Origin: Octopus sinensis | Taxonomy: Eukaryota | NCBI RefSeq assembly: GCF_006345805.1 | Contig: NC_042997.1 | Coordinates: forward strand, 55,056,001-55,120,000 | DNA length: 64,000 bases | Reading direction: 5' to 3' | Shown here: piece after piece, positions 44,577 to 59,931 of the stretch | Layout: every line of letters begins with the position of its first letter | Position numbering within the stretch: position 1 is the first letter of the stretch | Made by a program: the position numbers and the translations under genes | The notes under the pieces: generated by a model | The model's database searches: none | Told to the model about the DNA's origin: nothing | The model's input: the letters and a program-made list of their open reading frames with translations, nothing else

Positions 44577-45411
44577 ATGTATATATACATGTGAACGTAT
44601 GTATGTATATATGAATGTGCTTGTGTATTTGTGTGTATATTCCACCACGTGCAATTTGCTGCAGTTTACTTTGCTTCAGTATAAAGTTATTATTTATTTA
44701 ACCACCATTTAACTATAAAAGGACTGTACACGCACACACGCACACACTCACCCCCCACCCACACACACACAAACACACAATTTAGAAGTTTTGTACATTA
44801 TATGCCTATGTCTTGGGTAACCATTGTTTTTTAGATTAGATTAAACTAAATTAATATTAACGTATTGATTGTATATCACAGTTATGTAATTATACATGTA
44901 ATGATGTTCGTATTAAAGAAACAGCTGTCGAATATAATTAAAATTTCAACTTCATACAAAATTTATGCTTTTATTTTGCTTCGAATCAAAATATGCAGAT
45001 CGTTTTAGCCGATTATTTATATGCATCCAAGTCGGACCTGTATATATTTTCTTGGTGTTACTGCATTGTTAATAACATGTTAGATTTTAACGACTTGCTT
45101 TTCATTGATATCTTGATCACACACACACACACGCACACATATATATATATGTATATATATATTTATATATTTATATATGTATATACATATACATATGTGT
45201 GTGTGTGCGTGTATACTGTTGGAGTCAAACGAAGTAATGAGATTTTGAATGCATTTAATACGAGTATTTCAGATAATAGCGCAGTAGATAAAAGGCTATT
45301 TCATCTCTTCCGTGTTATAATACATCCACAGGAATTCAACAAGTATTTGGAATGGTTTGTCCTATTCGACTTTAGTCGGGAAATCTGGTAACGTGTATCA
45401 CTTATAAAGCT

Positions 45412-45509
<98 letters not shown>

Positions 45510-45662
45510 CACACATATATATATACATGTATATATACATATACAGTGTATATATATATATATAAGTATACACACACACATATATATATATATTTATATA
45601 CATATATATATATAATATATATATATACACGCACGCACATGTATACATAAACACATGCACAC

Positions 45663-45695
<33 letters not shown>

Positions 45696-45713
45696 TGTAT
45701 GTATGTATGTATG

Positions 45714-45745
<32 letters not shown>

Positions 45746-45761
45746 ATATATATTATATATA

Positions 45762-45802
<41 letters not shown>

Positions 45803-48045
45803 TATATAGCAAAACAATTAAGATTCAAATGAATTCAAATGAATATGGTACTTAACTTAGATGCACCAGAATTCTTTATGGTATTAACCATAAAATACGT
45901 GGGGTGATTATAACCAAGAAAAAAGTAACAAGAATGGATCAGTAGTTTAGTACAATTGTTTCATACTAAGAACATTTCTTTCGGTCATATTGTTGCTATT
46001 CATAATCAGCATCACTACAATGCTTCATTATATTAGTGATTATTTCTAAGTCTTCACAATGGAGCTGAATGTGTTTTACCGATACAATTTTTATAAGATT
46101 GAGTTATTTCCGTTGGTTTCACTGCATTGTCATTATTTTCTTTAAATTTGGCCTGGCTGTTATTATTGGAATTATTCTCCATGGTTATTGCTTTTAGATA
46201 TTAAGCACCCATGGGGGTAGTTTTTGTCAACTAATTGTAAGGTTAATTTCAGTTAGTTGAATTTTTCTACTCACTATTTTTAATATATAAAGCCCTTCAG
46301 TATATGTATTGTGTTGTTGGTATACACACCCGCACTAAAGGACTGTAATATAGCAGTTAAGTGCCATACAGTTCTAAACTTTTGGTAAAAAGAACCCCTG
46401 CACCCATGCCAAAGAAATACATACGTTACAGGGTGAACGTTAAAAAAAATACGAATGATAAAAAAAAAAAATGCCGTAGTGCAAATAGGATTGCAATAAA
46501 AGTCCTGAATAAAGAAAACTACAACAATAACAGAAAAAAATGATATAGCAGAAAATTATATTTATCGTCGTCTAAAATGTAATTATGTAAAACATGAAAT
46601 GAATTAAATAAGTAAAAGAATGCCATAAAATAAAACAAAGGAATAAAAAAAAAAGCTTGAACTTCAAAAGCTGCAACAAAATAAACTACAAGAATGAGCA
46701 CCCCCATCAAAAGAACAACAGCTATAAAAACAACAAAATAAATGTAAGGAAATAATAGAAAATGAAATTAGCCCTAAAAAACTATATAAAAAAACAAGCT
46801 GTCCTTTACAGGAAGTTTTAAGTCTGAGAAAGACAGAATATTTTCATTGCATATTTTTTTTACTTTCCATCTGGAACGAACCTCGTTTATAAAATGTTAA
46901 AAACAACAATAAAAATAATAAAATGAAATAAAATAATAACAGCAACATTAGTAACATTAACAACATCAGAAAATACTGCAAGAACAAGAATAACAACAAA
47001 AATATTGTTGAACGAGACACATGTGTGTTCTCGGACATTGCACGCCTAACTTCGCAATTCATGAACTGCAAAATTACTGAAGAACAGGCCTCGTTTAATG
47101 TAGTAAAAAGGATTTCTCTCTCTTGGCAAATGAGAGAAATGAAGAGGGAGAAGGAAAGAGAGAGAGAGAGGGGGGAGAGAGAGACAGACAGACTGAGAGC
47201 TAGCTAGATAGATAGATAGAGAGAAACAGAGAGGGAAGATGGATTAAAAGAGGAGAGAGAAAGTGGAGAGAAAATTCCATAAACATGAAAAAGAAAAGAG
47301 GGAAAACAAAAGACGTAACTAAGTACCTCTCAGAGACTCTAGAGAACTGCCTTGAACAAGTAGTGAAGATGTCCGAATGTTAGACGAAACCAATGGATAT
47401 TAACTTCATCTCTTGTACAACAGGGAGTTCAAAACTGAACTATGTGTATAGTTATCATCGTTTTTATTATTGCTTTTGCACCAGTGGTTGTAGTTGCCTC
47501 TGACGCCACTGTAGCTGTTCTGGTTGTAGTTGTTGTCATGGTTCTTGTTAGTGGTGTTTTTGTTATTGCTGTTGTTTTCCTTATTATTTGTTATTGCTGT
47601 TGAGTTGCTTTTGTTATTGCTTTACTGCTTTATTTATTGTTGTTGTAAGTAGTTTTATTGAAATAGCTGAAATATTGAGGCACGACAACCTTGAGATATA
47701 GAATACTCTTTTCCTTACTGTATGTTATACAATATAAGGCGTGGCTAAGTTGTTATAATATCGGACTAACAACCATCAGTTGTGGGTTCGTGCCGTGCCG
47801 TCTTTTTACTCTCAAACGGGCCTCTCTACCAAGATGTTTAAGAACAATTAGGTGTAGGTATGGCTATATGGTTAAGAAGTTTGTTTGACAACATGTTTAC
47901 GAGTTCGAGTTCAAAGCGTGGCACATGGGAAAGTGCCCTCCACCATAACCTCGAGTCAACCAATACCTTGTGAGTGGAATTTGGCGAACGGAAGCTATGC
48001 AGAACCTCATATGTATATATATATACATACACATTGGATCAGCGT

Positions 48046-48146
<101 letters not shown>

Positions 48147-48776
48147 TATATGTATATAATTACATATATATAAGACTAAAGGACAAATTATTATAAGTGT
48201 AAGTATGTATTTATACATTATGAAAAATAGAATATTCACTTCACATGGCGTACGCAGGTTTTGTCTTTACAGCAGTCTCAAATGATCAGTAAATAGTTGA
48301 TATGACAATGCATGAACAGGTATAATAATGAGGCGAAATACTCATAAACATGTTAATACATAAAATCCTGGATGTCTCTAATTTATTAACATTAAATCTT
48401 CTCATCCTGGATCTGTTTTAAGTTGCGTTGTTAACAATATTTCAATAAGTATTTCCAACCGTTCTAAAAATGAAGGTACGCCCTGTGTTATAACCAGACC
48501 CTACATGGTAGTGGTTTTTCCGAGAAAATATTCTACATTCTCAACACTAGATTAAAAATACAAGTTGGAACAACTGATTTTATACAACAATAATGTGACA
48601 GCTAAGTCCAATAATGTTCCTAGCAAAATTAGCGCTAAGCAAATTAGTACTAAGGAAAATGATTATGCCTCTAGTAATTTGGAAACTTGAGCTCATCGTT
48701 AGTATAACTTTTACCTCCACAAAGATCAGTCTATAATATATTCCTTTCTCTTTAATTATCGACACTATCAATAAGG

Positions 48777-50020
48777 TGTTGTGGACATCACTAACATCTA
48801 AACCTATCCAATATGCGAATCTGTCTAACAGAATCGAATGGTAAGTTGTAGAACTTTCTAGAATGTTCTAATGGCTTACCGGTATACAAGCAGAGCTGGT
48901 GGAGGGGCGCTTCTCCTTTTACCTTTGTCTTTTCTTGCTGTACACTGTTTGAGAGACAGATAATAAACCTATCTGGAGTGTTCTTTGCGAGTGAACGAGA
49001 GAGGCAAAACAAATTTACATCACTGATAGGATAAAAAAGATTATCCTTGGCGAGTGGACTTTTTACCTTGTCTCTCTGTAATGTTTAGTATCAGTTAAAT
49101 TATTGTTTTGTCAAGAATATAATACTTTATATATGGAATATAATATACTTTTTGTACGGAATATAGCACTTCATTTTATCTGATATAGTTAGAGTTTTAC
49201 TATAAGCTATTTTACCTTGACAACAATGGCGGAACAAAGCGACGAGCTGATACAGTTGCTCAAGCAACAACTTCAACTTCAGAGGGAACAAATCGACATA
49301 CAGGCACAGCAGCACGGAGAAGATTTGGGAAGACCGAAAAGGATTCCAGTCCAAGCTGCTAACCCACCATTTGCTGATTTTGATTCAACATCAGAATTAT
49401 GGTCTGATTACTGATCAAAATTCTGCACTTTTGTTGTGGGCAACGCCGTGCATGATCAGCACAAAGCATAAGTGTTCTTGACGAATCAAACCGCTACCAT
49501 ATATAAACAACTGGCGAATCTGGTAAACTCAACAGAGTCCGTCAAAGAATATTAACGAGCTGACGACGGAGGAAATTGTCAACTTTATGAAAGAACAATT
49601 CAACCCAAAACGTTTCATTGTGTGAGACTGTTTCAGGTTGCTACCTGTGACTTTCCTTCGATCACAGACCCTCAGGATGAAGCTCTTAGACGGAGATTCC
49701 TATGTTCTGTTAACAGTGAAGCTGTCTTGAAGGCTCTTTTCAGAATCAAAGACACAGAGCTGAACTTTGCACATGCTGTCCATGTTGGGATTGAGACCGA
49801 AGATGTTGCGAAGGTTGCCAAGGAAACTGGTTACGGTTCTAAGACCAGGCCTGTCAACATGGTCAAGCAGAGACAGAACAAGTGTCAACGAAAAAGCCAC
49901 CAGTAGACTAATTCTATAGACCCTGAGTTGAAGTATTACATAAAGTGACAGACTGCTCCTACAAAGAAGTCAAATGCCACTTTTGTGACAAGAAAGGACA
50001 TTTAGAAGCTCTTTGCAACT
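48777..50020 (+). mobile_element. Truncated Gypsy-type LTR retrotransposon: 5' LTR (48777-49225), PBS-like TGGCG and decayed gag
   Basis: LTR bounded by TGTTGT...ACAACA. Gag-like PPFADFDSTSELWSDY, FMKEQFNPKRFIV and DEALRRRFLCSVNSEAVLKALF, and a zinc knuckle CHFCDKKGHLEALC at about 49975-50016. Confidence 0.8.
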
Positions 50021-50076
50021 TTTCATATAAATAATAATAATAATTATGGAGCTCCAACAAAACCTGTGATAAAGAG

Positions 50077-50139
<63 letters not shown>

Positions 50140-50140
<1 letters not shown>

Positions 50141-50480
50141 TTAATTCTTTTTAAGTGCAAGACCAAAGTTTGGTCGCGAATTGGAGGGTCAGCCGCATCT
50201 GTAATAGAGTGGACGAAACCATTACCCATATTGCGAACGAATGCCCCAGACTTGCCTCAAACCACTACAAGGTGTGGCGATAAGATAAACTAGCGAAAAA
50301 CCAGGAAAGTATTAGTTAGTTGAAAGACTTAAGTGAAATACACAGATTGTGGAACCTGAAGCAGAAACAATACCAGTTGTGACTGGAGCACTAGGGGATC
50401 ATGAAAAAACAAAACAGTCTGCTGTTTTGCTTGACATTAAAAAAATACGAAATTTAAAAATAGTACTTGGAATTCAGCTC
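50140..50480 (+). mobile_element. Decayed R4/Dong-like LINE 3' fragment following a (TAA)n tract
   Basis: WNLK..TIPVVTGALG matches the C-terminus of the elements at 22020 and 11977. Confidence 0.55.
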
Positions 50481-50517
50481 ACATTCTACGTAAGTTCTTT
50501 TCCTTGTAATATATATA

Positions 50518-50575
<58 letters not shown>

Positions 50576-51228
50576 TAAAAACCGAGGCTTATTTATTTTA
50601 AATTAAATTTATTTATATGTACGTATTTTATAAATTCCAACAGGACTGCTGAGTAATAATGATAGCAATGTCGTTCATTACGATCTGTATCGGAGAAATA
50701 GTGCATTACGTTTAACCCAAGATAAGAAGGCATACTACAGTAGAGCACATAGTTATTGCCCTTTCAGGATTCACAGAGTACGCTACAACGTTATATATAA
50801 GTGCATAGTTACTACTACACGCTATAACTCTTCTTGAATATACATAGAAACTTCGATCGATTTTAAATGTCGGTTACCAAGATATTAACTTTACGAGTAA
50901 TTACACCTAGTTACATAACAGGTACAATGCTGAGGCAATATTGCTTATGAACCATTCCCTGGTCATTAGAAAGAACAGTAAAGACATGGTCGCTATACAT
51001 CTTGTAAATTGTATATGCAACTATTCATATACTCTTTACTCTTTTACTTGCTTCAGTCATTTGACCATGCTGGAGCACCACCTTTAGTCAAGCAAATCGA
51101 CTCCAGGACTTATTTTTTGTAAGCCTAGTACTTATTCTATCGGTTTGTCGAACCGCTAGGTTACGGGGACGCAAACACACCACCATCGGTTGTCAAGCGA
51201 TGTTGGTGGGGGACAAACACAGACACAG

Positions 51229-51266
<38 letters not shown>

Positions 51267-51418
51267 ACACATACGTATATATATATATGTACATATATAA
51301 GACGAGCTTCTTTCAGTTTCCGTCTACCAAATCCACTAACAAGGCTTTGGTCGGCTCGAGGTTATAGTAGAAGACACTTGCCCAAGGTGCCACGCAGTGG
51401 GATTGAACCCGGAACCAT

Positions 51419-52256
<838 letters not shown>

Positions 52257-53769
52257 TATATATATATACATACATACATGTATGTATGTAAGTATCTCTA
52301 TATGTGTGTGAGTGTATTTATATATGTATGCATGTATATTTCAAACATTTTCAATTCAGTTTTCCATTTCGAAACTTATTTATTCTATTAGCTATTTTAT
52401 GTTCTATCAAACCCCGATGAAATCACTGGGGTTTTTAAAGTTTTGTTTCTCCCAAAATAGAAAAAAAAAAAAAAAGAAAAAGAAAGAAAAGAAAGAAAAA
52501 AAACCTGATGAGTGAAACTTCTAATGTTAACTCATTATTGGTCAAACTGTAATGATGAAACCAATCTTATTGCCACCATTGTCGTGGTTAAGAATCGTCG
52601 TGGTCGTTGTCATTGTTAGTGTTGCTATTGCGATTGTTATTAAGGATGTTCTTGGGAGGATATCATTGTTGTTGATGTTGACTTTCTGATGGTTCCTTTT
52701 CAGTTTTTCGTTGTTAATTCCTTGCACCGCGCAGCAGTAATTTAGCATTAATATTTTTTTTTCTTTTTCAGAGTTTTAGCCTTCGGCTATTCCACTGGCT
52801 TCCCCACACTACATCTTTCGTTTCTTTTATTCCGTTCACTCTCTCTCCCTCTGTGTGTGCATGTATACATACGAAGATACACACAGACACACATACACAC
52901 ACATACACACACATATACACATGTATATATTTGTGTGTGTGTGTGTGTGAAACTGCCTTCAAGCGTTTGATCCCCAAGCTTGTTTACTGATCATCTCAAT
53001 ATTTCTAAACCAGATTGTATGACGACATTTTTTTAGTTGAAATAAACAGACAAACCAACAAATACACAAATAAAAAAATGTAGAAATAAACCAAAAATAA
53101 AGAAAACTCCACCTAAACCAAATCGGTTTGATTTCTAATTTCGATGTTTTCTCTATCTAATGAGAGATTACCGAACAACGTTGATTTTGGTACGGTACTT
53201 CTCAAATATAAATAGAAGTTTGTTCTACGTGCGAAAAAAAAAAAGAAAAAAGAAAATGCATATATGCATAAACCCCACTTCCTTGAGAATTATGCTTTTG
53301 TATATATTCCTACCTAAACACACACAAACATGTATATACATTTATATATATATACTCGCATACACAAAAAGTACACACGCATGTATACACTTATATATAT
53401 TAATTTATATATGTATGTGTGTATGCGTGTATGCTTATATATATGCATACATAAACATAAGTATGGCCTGGAAAGGACATTTTATGTTTTTGCTATATAT
53501 ATATATATAGGTAGAATTATAAATATATATAAATATATAAATATATAAAGCAGGTGTAAACGAAGTACGATCATTGCTAGAAAAAGCAGCCGGTAAGTTT
53601 ACAGCGCTATGTAGAGATTCACTGAATATTTACAGGCAGAGAGATGTGTGCGGCGTTGAATATGGGAAAATTCAGTCTTACCTCTTCGGAGACCGTTAGA
53701 GGAGTAAGCGATAACTCAATACTGCAGTTTCATATATATATATATAAAGAAAATCAAATGTCCCTCCCG

Positions 53770-53985
53770 AGCCATAAACTCATAAGGCGTAATCATTCCA
53801 TTCCGCCGCTGGATGGAAAGCTGGTCTGTCGCAGGAATACTAATTTTTGCCAGCTGAGTGGACTGGAGCAACGGGAAATAACGTATCTTGCTCAAGAACT
53901 CAACGTGTCGCCCGGTCCAGGAATTGAAACCAGAATCTTATGACATGAGTGCAGCACCCTACCTACTAAACCACGCATATCCATC
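53770..53985 (-). mobile_element. SINE family D, diverged
   Basis: Contains the block CAGCTGAGTGGACTGGAGCAACG..TCTTGCTCAAGAAC. Confidence 0.7.
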
Positions 53986-53988
53986 ATG

Positions 53989-54032
<44 letters not shown>

Positions 54033-54377
54033 TAAGACTCGCTTTCAGACTATGTAGGTATGCACCTGTGGAAATATCAAGAAACATCGAAAATAATCTT
54101 GAAGTCTATAAATGTTTTGGATTCTTTATTAGCCGGTTTCATAATTTCAAGATTTTCAAAAGTTGTGTGAGATCAGAGACTCGGAGTTATGCTGTATTTG
54201 TCTCCCTTCTGACTAGAGATTGAAAATTTGTTCCTTCTTATAGAAAGATATGACTCATATGAGTTACTGTTTGGCTGAAGTTGGTCGCGAGGTCCGAGAA
54301 TTAAGCGACTATATGAATGATAACTGTGCCAAAAGTTGCAGCTGTGTTAGTGTAGTTAAATACATACATACATACAT

Positions 54378-54435
<58 letters not shown>

Positions 54436-57400
54436 CACACATACACACTGTAAGACACACTTTCAGATTATGTAGGTATGCACGTGTGGAAACATCAAGA
54501 AACATCGAAACCTTGCCTATATTCTTATAAAGGGCTGTGATAATGGCATCACTCATGGCTTGCGGCACAACTCCGTCTGGTCAGCACTAGAATAGGACTT
54601 CATAAAATGGAAGTTGTCTTGCAATGATTGACCAAACCAAGAGAGCTCTGTCTCTACATCAGATCTTCTCTGAAGCAAGGCAGTGGAAAGCCATGCTGTG
54701 TTCTAACGATGGCTCCGTGTTCATGGTAAGCATACGAGTGGCACGTACACAATGGCGCTTTGTGACTAATAAGAGAAAACTGCAAAACATATTTAATGCA
54801 TCGAAAATTGAAACTGAGCGACTTAGCACTAATACTTTATATATCTTCTCCATTAATAAAATATTACTATTACAACACCCGAATTCTATTCACTACTCAT
54901 TTGCTTAATTTTCTATTTTGTGTATTTTTAAGTTCATGACGATAGTCGTTATTAGAATATTCCATACATAATTTTAGACGAGAATACTTTATCTGTATAA
55001 ATGTCTTCAAATCATAATGTTTTAACATTCTTCCACATATTGATATATGCCTTGCTTTGCCTTCGGCCCTGAACTTTTTGTAGGAGTCGTAGGGGTTTCG
55101 CTGTGACATATGAGATATCCCAGGAATCATTTTAAAGCCTGGTAGAGGCCATCACTCACATGGTTCGACCACATCCGATTCCAACCAGAAGAGAAAGAGA
55201 GTGAAAGAAAGAGAAGAATCGACCACAGTGCAAGAAAATTGTGCTTTGAAAAGCAGCGCGCGATGTGATTTGAACTCAGGGTGTATAGATGCGGGATAAT
55301 TCTAATGCTATAACAGTTCTCCAGGTGCCCACCTATGCATGTAGCCGTACATGGCTTAACAGCAAGTTATTTTTAGCATGTTACTAGTAAACTCACACTA
55401 AGCGTGTGCATATGACCAATTTTGGGATAGTACACCACAAGTCACTCGAAAATCGAGGACGAGATGTTTTAAGTAGTGACTAACACAAACTCAGCTTTGA
55501 ATCAACATTATCATTTTCTGTTCTTTCACTTTATTGTAATGCTATTATGCTACACACACGCACACGCACTCACACGCGCACACATTCACATGCAATACCA
55601 CACACATACAAACACGCATTTGTATGTGTGTGGTTTAAAATTTTGTGTTTCGTACTAAGAAACAAGCATTCAATGCATTTAGAAGAGTTGAGATGATTTA
55701 TTTATTGAAGTTGAACATTTTATGCGACCAGCACTCAAAACGTCGTGCAGATCAGGTGTTGTTCAAATCACATTTCGAAAACAGAAATGCAATTTGAATT
55801 ATAGCTACAAAGACGTTCAAATTTAAAGGGGCACGCGTCCTCAAACACGCATACACAGATGCACTAACATACAAGCATATACACACAAACATTAATATAA
55901 ATGCATATACACATTAACATGACATATATGCGTACACATGTACACATTCACACAAACGCGCCTTCAATATGTCACACATACATGTTGCTGCTTAAGTACA
56001 CTGCACAGTTAGCAACTGTACTTAGTTCATTATAATGTAGTCACCTTTGTAGGAAATTCGCGTTTGCTCCTGAAAGAAAATGAAAGCAAAACATAAGAAT
56101 ATAACAAATGTGTTTTTCATCACTGGAAGCGAGCAAGTGAAAAGGGGGGAAAGAATTGGATTTAAACAAGAGCCAGAGGATGGGAAAAAAGTGTAATAGT
56201 AACAAAAGTTTCTTGACCTCGTAACAATTTCTTTAAAGCACTTGAGACATTTTGAGCGAAGCACATTTATACTCATAGGTAGCTGCTAGTCATCGCTTGC
56301 TTTGTGGAAGGGAGAACTTGAAGTGAAAAAATTGTGCTTCTCAGTCTATTACTTGATTAAACGCTATTGCTAAATAACTTCTGACATATAAATCTAAGAA
56401 TCAGGCAATCTATTTACTAAGTAATAAACAAACGAACATAAAAAATATCTCTCGACTAAATTTATTAAAATTTTCAACATAAAAAATATAACAAGAAAAC
56501 TAATAAACAAAAACAAAACAACCAATAGATACCCTCCAAACACCAAAGTGGAATAAAAACGGATCCAATGGTATGAATTTTGATATTTCAGACAGGTGGT
56601 CATTTATGGAATCGTATACGAAAAAAAAAAAAAACGTTAATGAACTGAGAGTTTCCTTTTAGTCGGGATAAAAAAAAACACGTTAACCTAGCGGCAATTG
56701 TTAACAACTGGAAGCGACTCTCAAAGAAAAAGCGGAAATAATTCCTTGCTTGTGGTCAAATCTGGTCTCTATTCGCAGGTACAGAGATAGCTATGGTCAT
56801 GCTTTGGTCTTATTAGATCTTACCAACAAAGCGTAGAGATCTTGAAACTACCAGATCAAAAAGAGTTATATGATTTGGCAAGACGCTACGAGCAACAATA
56901 ATTTGCATTTAAATATATAAAGAAATAAAAACCCTACAAATAAAGGCCCTATAAATAAATGGAGACCCTAGAGAAATGATTCCAGTGGACTAATGGCACA
57001 TATTTAAACATTTCAGGCAGGTGGTGATATATTAAATGACGTATGTAAAAGATCTTAGTGATTTGAAATTTGCCTCTTCGTGGGAGAAAGGTTCTTTACC
57101 CAAATACATTGGCATTTAGTTGCAACTCCACCAAAAGTGGAGATATTACTTCACCGAAAAGAGCTAATAGGAAGGATTATATGCATGTAGCTGTCACCGT
57201 TCCTGTCCACTAAAATTTTTTCATAATTATTTTCTGTAAAATTAAAACTTAATTTCACACAAAGTATTCAACAATTAGGGGAAAATCTTAGTAAACTGGA
57301 ACGATGACAGTTATGCGCACATATCTTTCTTATAGACCTTATCCGCGTAGTTACTCTGAATTTGCTAGACCGGTTAACAACTATTTTTACTTGTACGGAA

Positions 57401-57485
57401 TCAGTAACGAACATTGGTTGAAGTTTCAATCTCACTGCGGGTAACATATAAAAACTCGAACAATTAACTGGTATTGAAAACATGT

Positions 57486-57754
57486 GGAGGCGCAATGGCC
57501 CAGTGGTTAGGGCAGCGGACTCGCGGTTTCGATTCCCAGACCGGGCGTTGTGAGTGTTTATTGAGCGAAAACACCTAAAGCCCCACCAGGCTCCGGCAGG
57601 GGATGGTGGTGATCCCTGCTGTACTCTTTCACCACAACTTTCTCTCACTCTTACTTCCTGTTTCTGTTGTACCTGTATTTCAAAGGGCCGGCTTTGTCAC
57701 TCTCTGTGTTACGCTGAATATCCCCGAGAACTATGTTAAGGGAACTATGTTAAG

Positions 57755-57756
<2 letters not shown>
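57486..57756 (+). mobile_element. SINE family C
   Basis: Head GGAGGCGCAATGGCCCAGTGGTTAGG...GTTTCGATTCCC; the 3' body is shared with the copy at 34150. Confidence 0.8.
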
Positions 57757-57794
<38 letters not shown>

Positions 57795-59625
57795 ATTAGT
57801 TAGCATCTTAGCATATTACTGAGAAAACCAGTGAACGGCTATTCAATAGTTGAAGAAGTCTCCGGTTAAAGTTGACATTGCTACCAGGTGGTTTTTGACC
57901 TCTTGTTTCAAAATGTCCAAAGCTTAAACACATTTACTTATATGAAATATAATAAATATTTAGAATACAATTTTATTGCAGTCTATAGACATTGTGGTTT
58001 TCTAGAATTAATAACTTTTTTTCATTTATGCTGCACGAACAGCCTAGTAAGGCTTAGTAAGAAGATTATTAATATACTCAATCATGAGTCAACAAGAAAG
58101 AACCTCTATAGGGATATTCGACCTGTTAGAAATAGTATCTAAATTCCTCTGGAATTATACACTACTTGTTTTGAAAAAAGAAAGATAGATTAGATAATGT
58201 GGACGCAGGTAAGGCAATTTGGTTACGATGCTCCAGGTTCGATTCAAAAAGTGGAACTTTAAGTAAGTGTCTTGGACTATAACTTCAGGTTGATCAACAC
58301 CGTATGAGTAGAATTTTATTTACAGAAACTGTGCAGAAGACCTTCGTACGCACAAACAGGCATTCAAACACCCACATACAGATGTATGCATGTACATTTG
58401 TATATCTAGCCAATGAATACCGGCGAAAAACCAGTGTAACCTGAACGAAAGTTTGTAGCCAGTTACAAATAATTTCTCATTACTTGCGTCGTTAGAAATG
58501 TGAGAAAACAGTAACTGGTTCGCGGGAAACGTAACCAACGATGTTATTGTTCACAAATTGTAATATAAAATATATAAAATAAAAAAACTGTTGCAGAATA
58601 CCTGACAAGAGAAACAAGAGAAGGCCAAGACTTGAACAACATTGATCAGGGTTAAATAGGGATAAACTAAATTTGCAATAACTTGATCATACAAATTCGA
58701 GGACGCCTATCCCCAACCACAAATTCAAATTAAGATTATAACAATAAAATTGACAAAGGCGACATGATATAACTAAAGTAAAATTAACTATAAGGTACTG
58801 AATAAATGTCCCTGTATTACTATTGATTTTAGGGCTCAGATACATCGTTTTCCACAAGAAACAAATGCATTTAGCTTATATATCGAATTAAATTTGATTT
58901 ACCAGAGAAACATGTTTAAAAATTATGACAATATTGCTCACGTTATTTAACATTAAATGCAGAATTGTAAAGAGAGAATGAAAGCAAAAGAGATGGAAAA
59001 CAGAGAGATAGAGGGATGAACATTAGGCAGGTGACAGAAAAAAATTAGAAACGAGTTATTAATGTTCCAACACACACACACACACACACACAGACAGATG
59101 TATTTTTGTGATCCCCCCTCCTTCGACGAGGCGGATTCAGCAGTTCGATCAGCTGAATTAAATTGAAAATGGATGAGCTTTCGGCAGACACATCAAAACT
59201 TAACGTAATTCTCCGGCAGAATCAACGTGACACTATGTTCCAACGCTACACAGTCCACCCGATGGGCTCCAGAACAATTTTCCTCTAATTTCACTTTCAA
59301 CATATGGGTCGACCCGAGCTACAGAATATACCATTTATCTAATACATGAAATTTGATAAATTAGAGGAATGAAGTTATGTATGACTATTGGGTTCTGTGA
59401 TGAAGTTCTATTTAAATTAGGAAGTTCATGAAATTCATTGATAGTAGTAAATAAACTATTGGAAATTGTAATTATTGTAGGCTTGCTACAGTTCCTTATA
59501 TGACCCATGGCAGCAAAAGTGTATTTCCAAAGTTACCCGTCGTATGACAGGTAACACTTACACACACACACAAATATACAAATGTGTGTGTAATATATAC
59601 GCATCTATGCACACATACATGTAGA

Positions 59626-59696
<71 letters not shown>

Positions 59697-59710
59697 ACGA
59701 AGGTGGCTAG

Positions 59711-59769
59711 AAGTTTTGTCAGTGAGCAGGTCTCAGTTTCAAAGCGACCGAAATATTTTGACACAAATT
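59711..59769 (+). ncRNA. Type I hammerhead-like fold with a G3:C8 variant core
   Basis: AAGUUUUGUCA-GUGAGCA-GGUCuC(AGUUUCAAA)GcGACC-GAAA-UAU-UU-UGACACAAAUU. Stem I pairs at 9 of 11 positions and stem II at 5 of 6. Confidence 0.6.
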
Positions 59770-59877
59770 AAATTTAGATATTGAAGTGAATCTAACGGTT
59801 TTTGTGTTCTTAAATGGATTACAAATATCTACGCTGCAATTGTTTTTGTTTCAGCACACGATCTCAGTTCCGTAATA

Positions 59878-59916
<39 letters not shown>

Positions 59917-59931
59917 ATGTGCGCGTGTGTA

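Noticed and set aside
52504-52520. CTGATGAGTGAAAC hammerhead core
   Set aside because: Only 2 nt lie between the core halves, so there is no stem II.
56800-56830. Decayed Penelope-type hammerhead (GGTCTTATTAGATC hairpin)
   Set aside because: Too many core mismatches to support.
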